Below the pieces are notes generated by a model. The model was not told the DNA's origin. It did not search any database and was given only the letters and a program-made list of their open reading frames with translations. Below, in pieces: positions 1-9,248 of a stretch of DNA of 32,000 nt. The stretch covers positions 780,001 through 812,000 of the forward strand of contig NC_014729.1 of assembly GCF_000172995.2 (NCBI RefSeq), written 5' to 3'. A program made the position numbers and the translations under genes. The first letter of the stretch is position 1, and each line of letters starts with the position of its first letter. Origin of the DNA: Halogeometricum borinquense DSM 11551. Its GTDB lineage: Archaea > Halobacteriota > Halobacteria > Halobacteriales > Haloferacaceae.

Positions 1-963
1 TTCCTTGCGGATGTGCTGTTCACGCGTCTGCAACGTCAGCGTGTAGGCGCGCTTCCCACCGGCATCTTCGCTCGCGCCGACGAGACGACCCGGAACCTGC
101 CGTAAGAACGATTCACGCGTTGCGAACAGGCCGAGACCCATTCCGTAGGCTGTCGGCATTCCGAGCGCGTCCGCTTCGCCGACGACGATGTCGGCACCGA
201 CGCTCGCCGGTTCTTCCAACAGGGCGAGCGCAACGGTGTCCGTACCGAGGCAGAACAGCGCGCCCGCGTCGTCGGCAACGTCGCCGATATCCGAGAGATG
301 TTCTTCGATAGTGCCGCGAACCGTCGGATTCTCGGCGTACACCATCGCGGTATCCTCGTCCGCGAGTTCGGCCACTGCGTCGAGATCGACGTTACCGTCG
401 TCCATCGGATACGTCTCGACGGTGAGGTCCGTTCCAGCGACGTAGTTGTCGAGGACGCTCCGTTTGCCCTCGTGCAGAATCTCGGGGACGAGGATTTGAG
501 TTCCGGAGACGCGGCGAACGCGCCCGGCGAGTCGCGCCGCCTCGGCGAGTGCCGTCGCGGCGTCGTACATCGAGCAGTTTGCCACCGGTAGGCCGGTGAG
601 TTCGACCAGTATCGACTGGTACTCGAACAGCGCTTGCAGGAACCCCTGCGTGATCTCGGGTTGGTACTGCGTGTACGAGGTCAGAAACTCAGACCGGCGC
701 GTGATGTCGTCAACCAGCGACGGGATGTAGTGGCTGTGGTGGCCGCGTCCGAGGAACTCGGTGAGGTCTTGGTTTTTCTTGAACGTGGTCGCCAGTTCGC
801 TCCGGATGTCGCGTTCCGAACGTGCTTCGATGCCGAACTCGCCGTCGAACCGAACGTCTTCCGGGATGTCGAACAGAGACTCTTCGTCTTCGACGCCGAC
901 GGCGTCCAGCATCGCGGCGGTCTCTTCGTCCGTGTGGGGTGCGTAGGGGCTTCCGCGTGTCAT
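1..963 (-). CDS. gcvPA: glycine dehydrogenase (decarboxylating) subunit 1, glycine-cleavage P-protein alpha; 3' end cut by window edge
   Basis: Absent from the ORF track because it runs off the edge. Hand translation of the minus strand from ATG 963-961 gives [41 protein letters not shown]...[51 protein letters not shown]..., with no stop down to base 1. The ATGA overlap with the gcvH stop (960-962) fits an operon. Confidence 0.9.
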   Translation of the reverse strand, partial: MTRGSPYAPHTDEETAAMLDAVGVEDEESLFDIPEDVRFDGEFGIEARSERDIRSELATTFKKNQDLTEFLGRGHHSHYIPSLVDDITRRSEFLTSYTQYQPEITQGFLQALFEYQSILVELTGLPVANCSMYDAATALAEAARLAGRVRRVSGTQILVPEILHEGKRSVLDNYVAGTDLTVETYPMDDGNVDLDAVAELADEDTAMVYAENPTVRGTIEEHLSDIGDVADDAGALFCLGTDTVALALLEEPASVGADIVVGEADALGMPTAYGMGLGLFATRESFLRQVPGRLVGASEDAGGKRAYTLTLQTREQHIRKE

Positions 964-1340
964 TCGGTCTGGTCGCGGTACTCCTCCGGCGAGAGCAGTT
1001 CGTCGAACGCTCCTTCGTCGGATACTTCGACTTTGAGCATCCACCCGTCACCGTACGGGTCCTCGTTGACGAGTTCGGGCCGGTCGAACAGGTCCTCGTT
1101 GACATCGACGACGGTGCCCGAGACAGGGGCGTAGAGGTCGGAGACGGCTTTGATGGATTCGACGACGCCGAACTCCTCGCCTTGCGTCAGTTCGTCGCCC
1201 TCGTCGGGAAGTTCGACGAAGACGACATCGCCCAGCTCGTCCTGTGCGAAGTCGGTGATACCGATGGTGGCGACGTCGCCGTCGGTGGTTGCGTACTCGT
1301 GCGATTCCAGGTAGTTGCTGTTTTCGGGTACTTCGAACAT
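960..1340 (-). CDS. gcvH: glycine cleavage system protein H (lipoyl carrier)
   Basis: The 126-aa ORF carries the lipoyl-lysine motif context [17 protein letters not shown] and the GcvH-typical [11 protein letters not shown]. It sits between gcvT and gcvPA. Confidence 0.95.
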   Translation of the reverse strand: MFEVPENSNYLESHEYATTDGDVATIGITDFAQDELGDVVFVELPDEGDELTQGEEFGVVESIKAVSDLYAPVSGTVVDVNEDLFDRPELVNEDPYGDGWMLKVEVSDEGAFDELLSPEEYRDQTE

Positions 1341-2447
1341 TTATTTGTCCTCTAAGAACGGTGTGCTGACGACTTTCGCGCGTTTCTCCTGTCCGCGGAC
1401 GACCACGCTGAGGGTCGTTCCGGGGTCGGCGTGTTCGACGGGAACGTAGCCGAGTGCGATGGGTTCACCCAACGTCGGACTCATCGTTCCGCTGGTGACG
1501 TGTCCGACGACGTGGTTGTCTGCATCTACGATATCGTATCCGTGGCGCGGGACGCCGCGGTCGAGCAGTTTCAGGCCGACGAACTTCTCTTCGACACCCT
1601 CCTCGTCGATCCCTTCGAGCGCGTCGCGGCCGACGAACTCAGTATCGAGTTTGACGGTGAAACCGACGCCCGCCTCGTAGGGATTTCGCGGTTCCGACTC
1701 GGGGTCGAAGTCCTCGCCGGAGAGGAGAAAGCCCATCTCCATCCGGAGTGTATCCCGCGCGCCGAGACCACACGGCTGACTCTCGTGGTCCTCGACAAAC
1801 GCGTTCCAGACCGTCTCAGCTTCCTCAACCGGGCAAAGGATCTCGAAGCCGTCCTCCCCGGTGTATCCGGTGCGGGCGACCCACGACCGGACGCCGACGA
1901 CATCCTCGTACGTCGCCTCGAACTTCGAGAGCGACCCAACGTCACCGTCTGCGGCCGCGACTACGGCATCTTTCGCATCGGGGCCTTGCACGGCGAACAT
2001 CGCCCACTCCTCGGTGGTGTTCGCTATGCGGGCGTCTAACTCCCACTCGTCGCGGTGGCTCGTCCACCGGTCGTGCATCTCCTCGTCGTGACCCGCATTC
2101 GGGATGAAGAGGTACCGATCCGTCTCCTCGTCTGGGAGTCGGTAGACGACGGTATCGTCGAGAATCGTTCCCTCGGCGTCAGTTATCATCGCATACTGCG
2201 AGTCACCGGGGTCGAGAAGCGTCACGTCGTTCGTGGTGAGTCGTTGCATCAGCCTCGTCGCGTCAGGCCCGGACACCTCGATTTCTCCCATGTGGGAGAC
2301 ATCGAAGATGCCGACCGATTCGCGGACGGCTGTATGCTCTGTCCGAATCGAGTCGAACTCGACCGGCATATCCCACCCTCCGAACTCCGTGAATTTCGCA
2401 TCACGAGCGGCGTGAGCCTCGCGCAACGGCGGTTTGCGAAGGGCCAT
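1341..2447 (-). CDS. gcvT: aminomethyltransferase (glycine cleavage T-protein)
   Basis: The ORF spans 1341..2624, but the conserved GcvT N-terminus MALRKPPLREAHAARDAKFTEFGGWDMPVEF starts at the internal ATG 2447-2445. The upstream 59 codons look non-coding. The stop abuts the gcvH start. Confidence 0.9.
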   Translation of the reverse strand: MALRKPPLREAHAARDAKFTEFGGWDMPVEFDSIRTEHTAVRESVGIFDVSHMGEIEVSGPDATRLMQRLTTNDVTLLDPGDSQYAMITDAEGTILDDTVVYRLPDEETDRYLFIPNAGHDEEMHDRWTSHRDEWELDARIANTTEEWAMFAVQGPDAKDAVVAAADGDVGSLSKFEATYEDVVGVRSWVARTGYTGEDGFEILCPVEEAETVWNAFVEDHESQPCGLGARDTLRMEMGFLLSGEDFDPESEPRNPYEAGVGFTVKLDTEFVGRDALEGIDEEGVEEKFVGLKLLDRGVPRHGYDIVDADNHVVGHVTSGTMSPTLGEPIALGYVPVEHADPGTTLSVVVRGQEKRAKVVSTPFLEDK

Positions 2448-2685
2448 AGCTGTGAGTTGGTTCGGGGTAAGTAATGCTTTGGTATGTCGGTCCGTGCGTC
2501 CGGTGAACAGACCTGTTGCAGGAGGTATATTGTATGCTGCGATATCAAATGTACCTATGGACGGGCCACGCTTCGAGTCGAACTGCGCTCGGAGCCGCAC
2601 CGAATTCGCTGACAATTGAGGCACCGGAGCGATAGTTACCCGACTTGGAGGTGCGTTTATAGATCAATAGAACATCAGTTCTCGT

Positions 2686-2853
2686 ATGGACAACAGCGAC
2701 CCAGAACGGGCGAATCCGCTAGCCCCGTACTTTCCGTCCGACGTACCGTCACTTCCCACCAAGGGACGGCAATGGATCGCGCTCCTGCTGCTAGTGTTGG
2801 TGTTCTCTGGAATCGCGTACAGTCTCGCTCGTTCGTTCGTTGCTATCTTTTAA
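2686..2853 (+). CDS. hypothetical 55-aa single-pass membrane protein
   Basis: Hand-found ORF below the track cutoff: MDNSDPERANPLAPYFPSDVPSLPTKGRQWIALLLLVLVFSGIAYSLARSFVAIF. It has an acidic N-terminus plus one clear TM helix. The overlapping 104-aa track ORF (2616..2930) is Arg-rich junk. Confidence 0.35.
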   Translation: MDNSDPERANPLAPYFPSDVPSLPTKGRQWIALLLLVLVFSGIAYSLARSFVAIF

Positions 2854-2959
2854 GAACGCCAGATATCGGCCCTATCGTCGCGTCTGCAAGGCTTCACTCA
2901 CTTACCGTATGGCGTCGTACGGTCGGATGAGCACTCAGTTGCAGACGCGACTATCGCGT

Positions 2960-3175
2960 TCACCGGAACGCTTCCTTCGCGTTACCGACGAGATCGTATT
3001 TGAACGAAAAGACGGGGAGAGCCAAGATGACGACGATGTAAACCCCGAACCCGGCCAGTCCCAACGTATCGATGACCCACGTCGGCGAGATGAACAATGC
3101 AACCGTGAGGCTGCCTAAAACGGCTCCGAGCAAGAGGACGAATATGGAACCATATACCCGAAAGATGTCAGACAT
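2960..3175 (-). CDS. hypothetical 71-aa two-TM membrane protein
   Basis: The ORF has two hydrophobic helices (GSIFVLLLGAVLGSLTVALFI and LAGFGVYIVVILALPVF). No family recognised. Confidence 0.45.
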   Translation of the reverse strand: MSDIFRVYGSIFVLLLGAVLGSLTVALFISPTWVIDTLGLAGFGVYIVVILALPVFSFKYDLVGNAKEAFR

Positions 3176-3268
3176 ATATGAGTATCGGCCGCCTTACGCT
3201 AAAAGTATTCTCACCCGTGTCGGCCATATTTGTCCTACACAAAACACATATTTTCAGTAGTATAACCG

Positions 3269-3475
3269 ATGGCCATGCAGACAGTTGAGACAGGATTCGG
3301 GAGCGAGATGTCGGTCGAGTCCGCCGCGCTACTCGTTGCAGTCGGCTCTTCTGTGTTGTTTCTCGCGTACCTCCTCGCCGTCGGCAACGGGGTCGTCGAG
3401 AGTCTCCTCGAAGTCAGTATCACGGGCGTCGTGATGGGACTGGCGTACTACGCCGGACTCCGGGTTCGCTCCTGA
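3269..3475 (+). CDS. hypothetical 68-aa two-TM membrane protein
   Basis: The ORF has two hydrophobic segments (AALLVAVGSSVLFLAYLLAV and ITGVVMGLAYYAGL). It is divergent from the 2960..3175 ORF. Confidence 0.45.
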   Translation: MAMQTVETGFGSEMSVESAALLVAVGSSVLFLAYLLAVGNGVVESLLEVSITGVVMGLAYYAGLRVRS

Positions 3476-3482
3476 CGGCGTT

Positions 3483-4745
3483 TTAGCTGCGTTCGTACAT
3501 CTCTTGAACAATCTCGACCGTACGGGTGGCTGGACCAGTCGCCTCTTTTTCTTGAGAGCGTCCCGCTGAGGGGCGCTGAACGCGTGGAAGTTCGACAGTA
3601 AACACACTTCCCTCCGGACCGGTCTCGCGGAGTTCGATCGCCCCTCCGTATCGTTCGGTGAGAGTCCGCACGAGGTAGAGTCCGAGACCGTGGTTGCTCG
3701 TTCGCGTATCGCCTTCGAATAGTGTCTCGCGTTTTTCTTCGGGGATGCCCCGTCCGTTGTCTGTGATCGTGACGACGGCGGTGTCGGCGTCCGTCGCAAG
3801 GGTAATAGAGACACGCGGAACCGCACTGTCGTTGTGTTTGACCGCATTCTGTAGCAGGTTACAGAACACGCGGGGGAGAAGTCTGTCGGCTCTCACGAAT
3901 ACGTCTTCGGGGATTGCCGCCTCGACATCCACGGTCTCGTCCATCGCACGTAGTTCGACTACACTCTCGTTCAGTACGTCCGACAGACTCACTGGTTCGA
4001 GTTCGTGCCCCTCTTCGGTCGCTTCGATGAGTACTTGAACGTCGTTGATGACCTCGGATAGATTGCGACTCTGTTGGCGAATGACTTCGAGACGGTCCGC
4101 GGACAGATCGTTTGTGTCTTCCTCCAGCAGTAACTCCGAATAGCCTTCGATGACGTTAGCGGTGTTCAACACCTCGTGACGGAGCAGACTGTTCATGTAC
4201 CCGAGCCATTGACGCTTGGCTTCCACGCGTTTGGTCCGGGCAATCTCGCGTTCTGCGACGCGCGCACGCTTGATGGCTCTCGCTTCGATAACGCCCATGA
4301 TGAGGCCGCCGCAGGCGGCGTAAACCGCTGATCCTCGCGCCCAGCCAAGGTTCTCGATGAAATGGTCCGCCGGCCAGAGCGCGATAATCACCAGATTGAG
4401 CGACAGAAAGGCCGCCATTCCACCGAGACACCACGCAACGACGCGCCGGTACTGGTCGGCTTCGATATCGCTTCTCCTGAGCCAATAGCCGGTGTAGGAG
4501 ATACCAAGTGCGGGGATGCCGTTGAAAAGCAACGTCAGCACGTAGTCTCGCGTATAGTCCTTGTCCGGACGGAGTATCTCGAACGCCGTCCACTCACCGA
4601 CGATGACGAGAACGAACAAGACACCGAGTCCCACAAGTACCCGTGGCCCTCGGTGTGTCTCCTCACTCTCATGTTGGTTCCCTTCCATGTGTAGCTTACC
4701 GTAACACCGAACGCACGTGCGTTGTCGGCCCGTTTCGGTCCCCAT
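3483..4745 (-). CDS. membrane-bound sensor histidine kinase (HisKA + HATPase_c)
   Basis: The N-terminal region has about four TM helices. The H-box is LLRHEVLNTANVIEGYSELL, the N-box LLQNAVKHN, the G1 box TDNGRGIP and the G2 box GLGLYLV. An alternative start is ATG 4688 (MEGNQHESEE...). Confidence 0.88.
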   Translation of the reverse strand: MGTETGRQRTCVRCYGKLHMEGNQHESEETHRGPRVLVGLGVLFVLVIVGEWTAFEILRPDKDYTRDYVLTLLFNGIPALGISYTGYWLRRSDIEADQYRRVVAWCLGGMAAFLSLNLVIIALWPADHFIENLGWARGSAVYAACGGLIMGVIEARAIKRARVAEREIARTKRVEAKRQWLGYMNSLLRHEVLNTANVIEGYSELLLEEDTNDLSADRLEVIRQQSRNLSEVINDVQVLIEATEEGHELEPVSLSDVLNESVVELRAMDETVDVEAAIPEDVFVRADRLLPRVFCNLLQNAVKHNDSAVPRVSITLATDADTAVVTITDNGRGIPEEKRETLFEGDTRTSNHGLGLYLVRTLTERYGGAIELRETGPEGSVFTVELPRVQRPSAGRSQEKEATGPATRTVEIVQEMYERS

Positions 4746-4772
4746 CCAACCTCTCGGGCACGCCCGCTGTGC

Positions 4773-4794
4773 GAATCCGTTACGTAACGGATTC
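4773..4794. promoter_or_regulatory. perfect 22-bp palindrome GAATCCGTTAC|GTAACGGATTC just upstream of the kinase gene
   Basis: Read directly: the 11-bp arms have no spacer. A minus-strand TATA-like TTTTATAC (about 4806-4814) lies about 20-25 bp upstream of it, so the palindrome would cover the predicted transcription start. Confidence 0.5.
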
Positions 4795-4871
4795 TCTGAA
4801 AGACAGTATAAAACACTTGTTGCGAACGAGCTTCCGGGACCGAACGTGGCGACGGAGTCGGTCGATCTCCG

Positions 4872-5663
4872 TCAGTGGAGGTCGCTCGCGTCCAGCGGAG
4901 ACGCCGCTTGCCAGTACTGTTCGTGCATGTCACGCGCCCATGAGAGGACGGCATCGTCGTCGGTGTCCAGCGCCGCTCTGAGTAATCCGTCCTCGTCGCG
5001 CAACAGCAGATGCACTACGTCGTCAGTGATGGTCACAGCGAGCGGAATCGGTTCGTCGTGGAGTCGGATCTCGGCTGCGTCGGCGTCGAGCAGGTCTTCG
5101 AGCCGTTGTCGAAGCGTTGAATCGTGCGCGATAGCGTCGAGCGCGTCCGGCGAGAAAACGCCCTCGAACGTCTGTGATCCCGCCACCGTCTGTTCTCGAA
5201 CGACATCGAGGCTCTGTTCGTTGAACGCGTGTGAGAATATCTGGACGTGCGTTGATTCTCTGAGGAGTTCCAGAACCCGTTGGACCGGCGCTCCCGGTTT
5301 CGTCCGCGTCGGGACCGTGATGGTCGCATCCGCGAGTCGTCTGAGGTCGAAGTCCATCTCCTCTGTCGGCAACCACTCGACGACGTCGCGTAGTTTCAGT
5401 TCTGTCTCCATCGTCTCCAAGAGGTCGGTAAACGCCGCGGCGACGAGGCGACCAGTCGCTGTCGCAGCGTACCGGTTTCCGTCGTGTTCGATCCACCCGC
5501 GGTCGGTGAAATCGCGCAGAATGCGGCCCAGCGTCGGTTGCGAGGCGTCCGTCTCCGCTTCGAGTTCGTGCCGCGTCAACGACGCCTTGCGTAGTGCGTC
5601 GAGTACTTCGACGCGGTTCGCCGAGAGCGCAAGGAACTCGATCTCTTCGAGTGCCACGTCCAT
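4872..5663 (-). CDS. winged-helix transcriptional regulator, ArsR/MarR-like N-terminus with a DUF1724 (FilR1-type) C-terminal domain
   Basis: The N-terminus LSANRVEVLDALRKASLTRHELEAETDASQPTLGRILRDFTDRGWIEHDGNRY is a typical wHTH. The overall 263-aa architecture matches the archaeal HTH-DUF1724 regulators as I recall them. Confidence 0.8.
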   Translation of the reverse strand: MDVALEEIEFLALSANRVEVLDALRKASLTRHELEAETDASQPTLGRILRDFTDRGWIEHDGNRYAATATGRLVAAAFTDLLETMETELKLRDVVEWLPTEEMDFDLRRLADATITVPTRTKPGAPVQRVLELLRESTHVQIFSHAFNEQSLDVVREQTVAGSQTFEGVFSPDALDAIAHDSTLRQRLEDLLDADAAEIRLHDEPIPLAVTITDDVVHLLLRDEDGLLRAALDTDDDAVLSWARDMHEQYWQAASPLDASDLH

Positions 5664-5694
5664 AGTCGGCGTTTCGTCTAGTCCCGTATAGCTG

Positions 5695-5711
5695 TTTTCA
5701 CACCGTGAAAA
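5695..5711. promoter_or_regulatory. inverted repeat TTTTCAC-acc-GTGAAAA in the divergent promoter region
   Basis: Perfect 7-bp arms with a 3-bp spacer. It lies 32-48 bp upstream of the regulator ATG (5663) and is a possible autoregulatory operator. Confidence 0.3.
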
Positions 5712-5891
5712 TATGTCGGAGTATGAAATCGAACCACTGTGTGTGGCTCTTTCAGTTCTAGAATCTATTTCTGGACAAATATAAGCCAGTATCCGGACTA
5801 CAAAGAGATACGTGATTTCAGAGCGAGTAAACCGAGACGATTCGTGGCGTCCGAAGCGGTTAGCAGTATCCCTTCGGGAGGTTCGATAGCC

Positions 5892-6887
5892 ATGTCTCGG
5901 TACCGCTCGCTTGTCTTTTTCCTCGCCGCGAGCGCCTTTTTCGGCGGGACGTTCGTCGCCGCGAAAGCCGGATTGGAGTTCTTCCCGCCGTTGCTGTTCG
6001 TCGCGTACCGCTTCGATATCGGGGCCGCACTCCTGCTCTCGGTCGTGCTGTACCGCTTCCCGCGGGAGCGGTGGCTTCCCCGCACGCGCGCCGATATCGC
6101 CGGGATTCTCGCTGCGGGCGTGTTCGCCATCGGTGCGACGAACGCGCTCATCTTCGTCGGCCAGCAGTACGTCACGAGCGGCGTGAGTTCCATCATTTAC
6201 AGTCTCAACCCCATCATGACGCCGATTCTCGCGGCGTTCTTGCTGTCGGACGAACGCCTCTCACGGTCCGGCGCCGGTGGGATGCTCCTCGGACTCGTCG
6301 GCGTCGCACTGGTCGTGAACCTCAACCCCGCAGACCTGTTGGGCGGTGCCGTCGTCGGTAAGGCGCTCGTCCTCGCTGCCGCAGTGAGTGGCGCACTCGG
6401 AAGCGTTCTCATCCGGCGGGCCGATTCGACGCTGGACAGTACGGTACGCACCGCGTGGGCGCTTCCCGTCGCCGCCGTGTTGTGCCACGTCTCGAGTTTC
6501 GCGGCTGGTGAGCAGGCCTCAGCCGTCACGTGGACCCCGGCAGCACTCGCCGCGCTGGGTTACGTCGGCGTGTTCTCGGGCGCACTCGCGTTTATCGCCT
6601 ACTTCGGACTGCTGGACGACGTGGGTGCGATTCGCGGCAACCTCGTCTTCTACGCCGTCCCGATAGTCGCCACACTTGGCGGCTGGTTGCTCCTCGGTGA
6701 GACGATTTCGGCGCTGACGGTGGTCGGGTTCGGCGTCATCTGTCTCGGGTTCGTTCTCCTCGGCCGTGAAACGATCACGGCGGAACTGTCGCGGATTCGG
6801 CGCGGTATCGCTCAGCGGGCCGGTTCCGGATCCGACTCGGTGACGGGCGTCGTGGGCGATACGCCCCGCTGGAGCGAACAGGACTAA
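5892..6887 (+). CDS. EamA/DMT-family transporter (10-TM permease)
   Basis: From the internal ATG 5892 the protein reads MSRYRSLVFFLAASAFFGGTFVAAKAGLEFFPPLLFVAYRF. It has two EamA-like halves and is hydrophobic throughout. The track ORF start at 5739 is an upstream extension. Confidence 0.88.
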   Translation: MSRYRSLVFFLAASAFFGGTFVAAKAGLEFFPPLLFVAYRFDIGAALLLSVVLYRFPRERWLPRTRADIAGILAAGVFAIGATNALIFVGQQYVTSGVSSIIYSLNPIMTPILAAFLLSDERLSRSGAGGMLLGLVGVALVVNLNPADLLGGAVVGKALVLAAAVSGALGSVLIRRADSTLDSTVRTAWALPVAAVLCHVSSFAAGEQASAVTWTPAALAALGYVGVFSGALAFIAYFGLLDDVGAIRGNLVFYAVPIVATLGGWLLLGETISALTVVGFGVICLGFVLLGRETITAELSRIRRGIAQRAGSGSDSVTGVVGDTPRWSEQD

Positions 6888-7012
6888 CCGAGCGGCGGCA
6901 GAGACGCCGGAAACGATACTGCGAACAATTGGCATACTGCCAACAGTTTCTTACCAGATCCGAGCGCACTTCAACTACGTCCATGATGACCTTGTTCTCG
7001 TGCTGACCCGTT

Positions 7013-7102
7013 CGCATCGCTGGTTGTGAGCGATGCGGCGGCCTCTTTCCTGTTCCCTGCCGAGACTGCAGTCTCGACTCTTGAGTCTGGAGGCTCGGCC
7101 TC
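7013..7102 (+). other. cluster of four perfect palindromes/hairpins upstream of hflX
   Basis: The four elements are CGCATCGCT-ggttgtg-AGCGATGCG (7013-7037, 9-bp stem), CGAGACTG|CAGTCTCG (7061-7076), GACTC-tt-GAGTC (7076-7087) and GAGGC-tcg-GCCTC (7090-7102). Confidence 0.4.
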
Positions 7103-7137
7103 GTACGATGCCGTAGACACCACCATGAAAAGATACG

Positions 7138-8505
7138 ATGTCACGACAGACAGACCAGCAGTCAGCACAGACGACGGAACACGACGCCACGACGACGAAG
7201 CGAGAACCCTCAAGGACGGACGACGGGATACCGGCAATCATCGCCAAGCGGAGTTCCGAGACACCGGTCGAGACTGAAGAGATTCGCGCTCTCGCGTCGG
7301 CCGCGGGATACCGCGTCATCGACGAAGTTACACAGGTTCGTCGCGAGGACCCCGGAACCCACTTCGGGTCGGGGAAAGTCGATAGTCTCTCGGATCGAAT
7401 CGAGGCGACTGACGCATCGGTTCTCGTCATCGACGGCGGATTGACTCCTAGCCAGACGACGAACCTCCGCGACTGTCTCCCCGACGAAACGGAGATATTC
7501 GATCGCTACCGCCTTGTGCTCTCCATCTTCGCAGCGCAAGCGGGGACGCGACGGGCGCAGTTGCAGGTCGAACTCGCCCAGTTGAAGTACGCACTCCCGC
7601 GTATCGAAACGGAGTCCGACCCGCAGGCGATGAACATCGCCTTGGAGAAGGGGACGCGCGTGAAGGGTGTCCGCGACCGAATCGCGGAGTTGGAGTCGAA
7701 ACTCGCGGACTTGCCGAATCCAGCGGCGCAGTATCGGTCCCGGCGGCGCGAACAGGGGTTCGATTTGGTGACGGTCGCCGGATACACGAATGCCGGGAAA
7801 TCGACGCTGTTGCACCGACTCGCGGACGACCTGTCTCTCGACTCGACGGAGCGGCATCCCGACGAAGCGAACTCTGTCGCGGCCGTCGAAGACCGCTTGT
7901 TCAAGACGCTCCAGACGACCACGCGGCGAGCGACATTGGAGGGACGCCCCGTGCTCGCCACCGACACCGTCGGCTTCGTGGACGACCTCCCGCACTGGCT
8001 GGTCGAATCGTTCAGCACGACGATTTCCGAGGCTGCCGCGGCCGATATCGTCGTCCTCGTCGCTGATGCGAGCGACGACGTGGAGACGCTTCGGGAGAAG
8101 ATTCGCGTCTCGCTGTCGGTGTTCGACGCGCAGGGGGTCGAGACGCAGAACGTCGTCACCGCGTTGAACAAGACCGACCTCCTCACCGACGCCGAATGCG
8201 AGAGCCGTGTTGCCGCCGCTGAGTCGCTCGCACCCCGCGTCGTCCCCGTGAGCGTCGTCGAGGAAACAAACCTCGAAACGCTTGTCGAAGTCGTCTGCGA
8301 CCGACTCCCCACGGCGACGGAGACGGTTTCGATGTCGACGGGCGACGAGGCGATGAGCGTCGTCTCGTGGGCGTACGACCACGCAAGAGTCGAATCCGTC
8401 GAGTACGGGGCCGAGACGGTGACGCTGACGCTCCAAGGGCGACCGGAAATACTGGAGCGGATGCGCGGAAAAGTCGAGTCAGTTGGTGAGTCGGATCCCG
8501 GATAA
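7138..8505 (+). CDS. hflX: GTPase HflX
   Basis: The HflX N-domain (FDRYRLVLSIFAAQAGTRRAQLQVELAQLKYALPR) is followed by G1 GYTNAGKST, G3 DTVGF and G4 NKTD. Confidence 0.92.
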   Translation: MSRQTDQQSAQTTEHDATTTKREPSRTDDGIPAIIAKRSSETPVETEEIRALASAAGYRVIDEVTQVRREDPGTHFGSGKVDSLSDRIEATDASVLVIDGGLTPSQTTNLRDCLPDETEIFDRYRLVLSIFAAQAGTRRAQLQVELAQLKYALPRIETESDPQAMNIALEKGTRVKGVRDRIAELESKLADLPNPAAQYRSRRREQGFDLVTVAGYTNAGKSTLLHRLADDLSLDSTERHPDEANSVAAVEDRLFKTLQTTTRRATLEGRPVLATDTVGFVDDLPHWLVESFSTTISEAAAADIVVLVADASDDVETLREKIRVSLSVFDAQGVETQNVVTALNKTDLLTDAECESRVAAAESLAPRVVPVSVVEETNLETLVEVVCDRLPTATETVSMSTGDEAMSVVSWAYDHARVESVEYGAETVTLTLQGRPEILERMRGKVESVGESDPG

Positions 8506-8513
8506 CTCCCGCT

Positions 8514-8936
8514 TCAGGCCGTTTGCTGGCCAAAGGCTCGCCGAACGCGCGGTTTCAGATAGACGACCGTCGGTGCGGTGAGTAGCGCGCCGACAGCGTA
8601 CGCGCCGGGAACGAACAGAAGGCCGTAAATCGTCAGGAATATGGCCTGTTGTCCGGCGGCGGCTGCATCACCTGCCTGAGTGATCTGTGTGGTGTAGTTC
8701 AGGGCATTGACGAGGACGAGCGCCAGAATGCCGCCGAGGAACCCCGATAGCAGGCTATCGAAGATGGCGTCCGACGTACGCGAGACCGAGTAGCCGACGA
8801 TCCCACCCGCAATCAGCCCCATTGGCTGCATCGCAACCCATCCGAACGCGAATCCCACGACGGTTCCGAGGAGGGCGGAGACGACTGTTACACTGAGGAC
8901 TACAGAGCGGTTCATGCGATTGACATTATCTGGCAA
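8514..8936 (-). CDS. hypothetical four-TM membrane protein
   Basis: The ORF is hydrophobic and Gly-rich with four predicted helices. An alternative start is MNRS at 8915. A TATA-like TATATAAATA on the minus strand (about 8978-8987) lies upstream. Confidence 0.6.
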   Translation of the reverse strand: MPDNVNRMNRSVVLSVTVVSALLGTVVGFAFGWVAMQPMGLIAGGIVGYSVSRTSDAIFDSLLSGFLGGILALVLVNALNYTTQITQAGDAAAAGQQAIFLTIYGLLFVPGAYAVGALLTAPTVVYLKPRVRRAFGQQTA

Positions 8937-9248
8937 CCGTTATAGTTGCTTCGACGGTTGATCCAGATTGGGAGGTGTATTTATATACTTGCAGACACAA
9001 TAACTTACTATGATTGTAGCAAATTCTCAAACGAATACAGTCCGGGTCGCCGACCACCAGAACCGCCGGACCGCAACGTTCGCGGAGATGGACCGCGCGA
9101 TGCGTTCCGTCTAATTTACTGAATTTCTGCATTTCTCGGAGGCTTCGCCGGGAAACCGTTTTTGTCTCTGGTGTGCATCTAGGTATGCTAGGCGTTGGCT
9201 TGTCACGTGCATATCGCACGGGCGAGACAGAGAGAGCGCCTCTCAACC

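Noticed and set aside
4717-5691. 324-aa ORF antisense to the HTH-DUF1724 regulator
   Set aside because: A Ser/Arg-rich shadow frame with no motifs. The minus-strand gene has a clear wHTH.
7210-8436. 408-aa ORF antisense to hflX
   Set aside because: It is Arg-rich with a low-complexity composition typical of shadow ORFs on the opposite strand of high-GC genes. hflX on the plus strand has unambiguous GTPase motifs.
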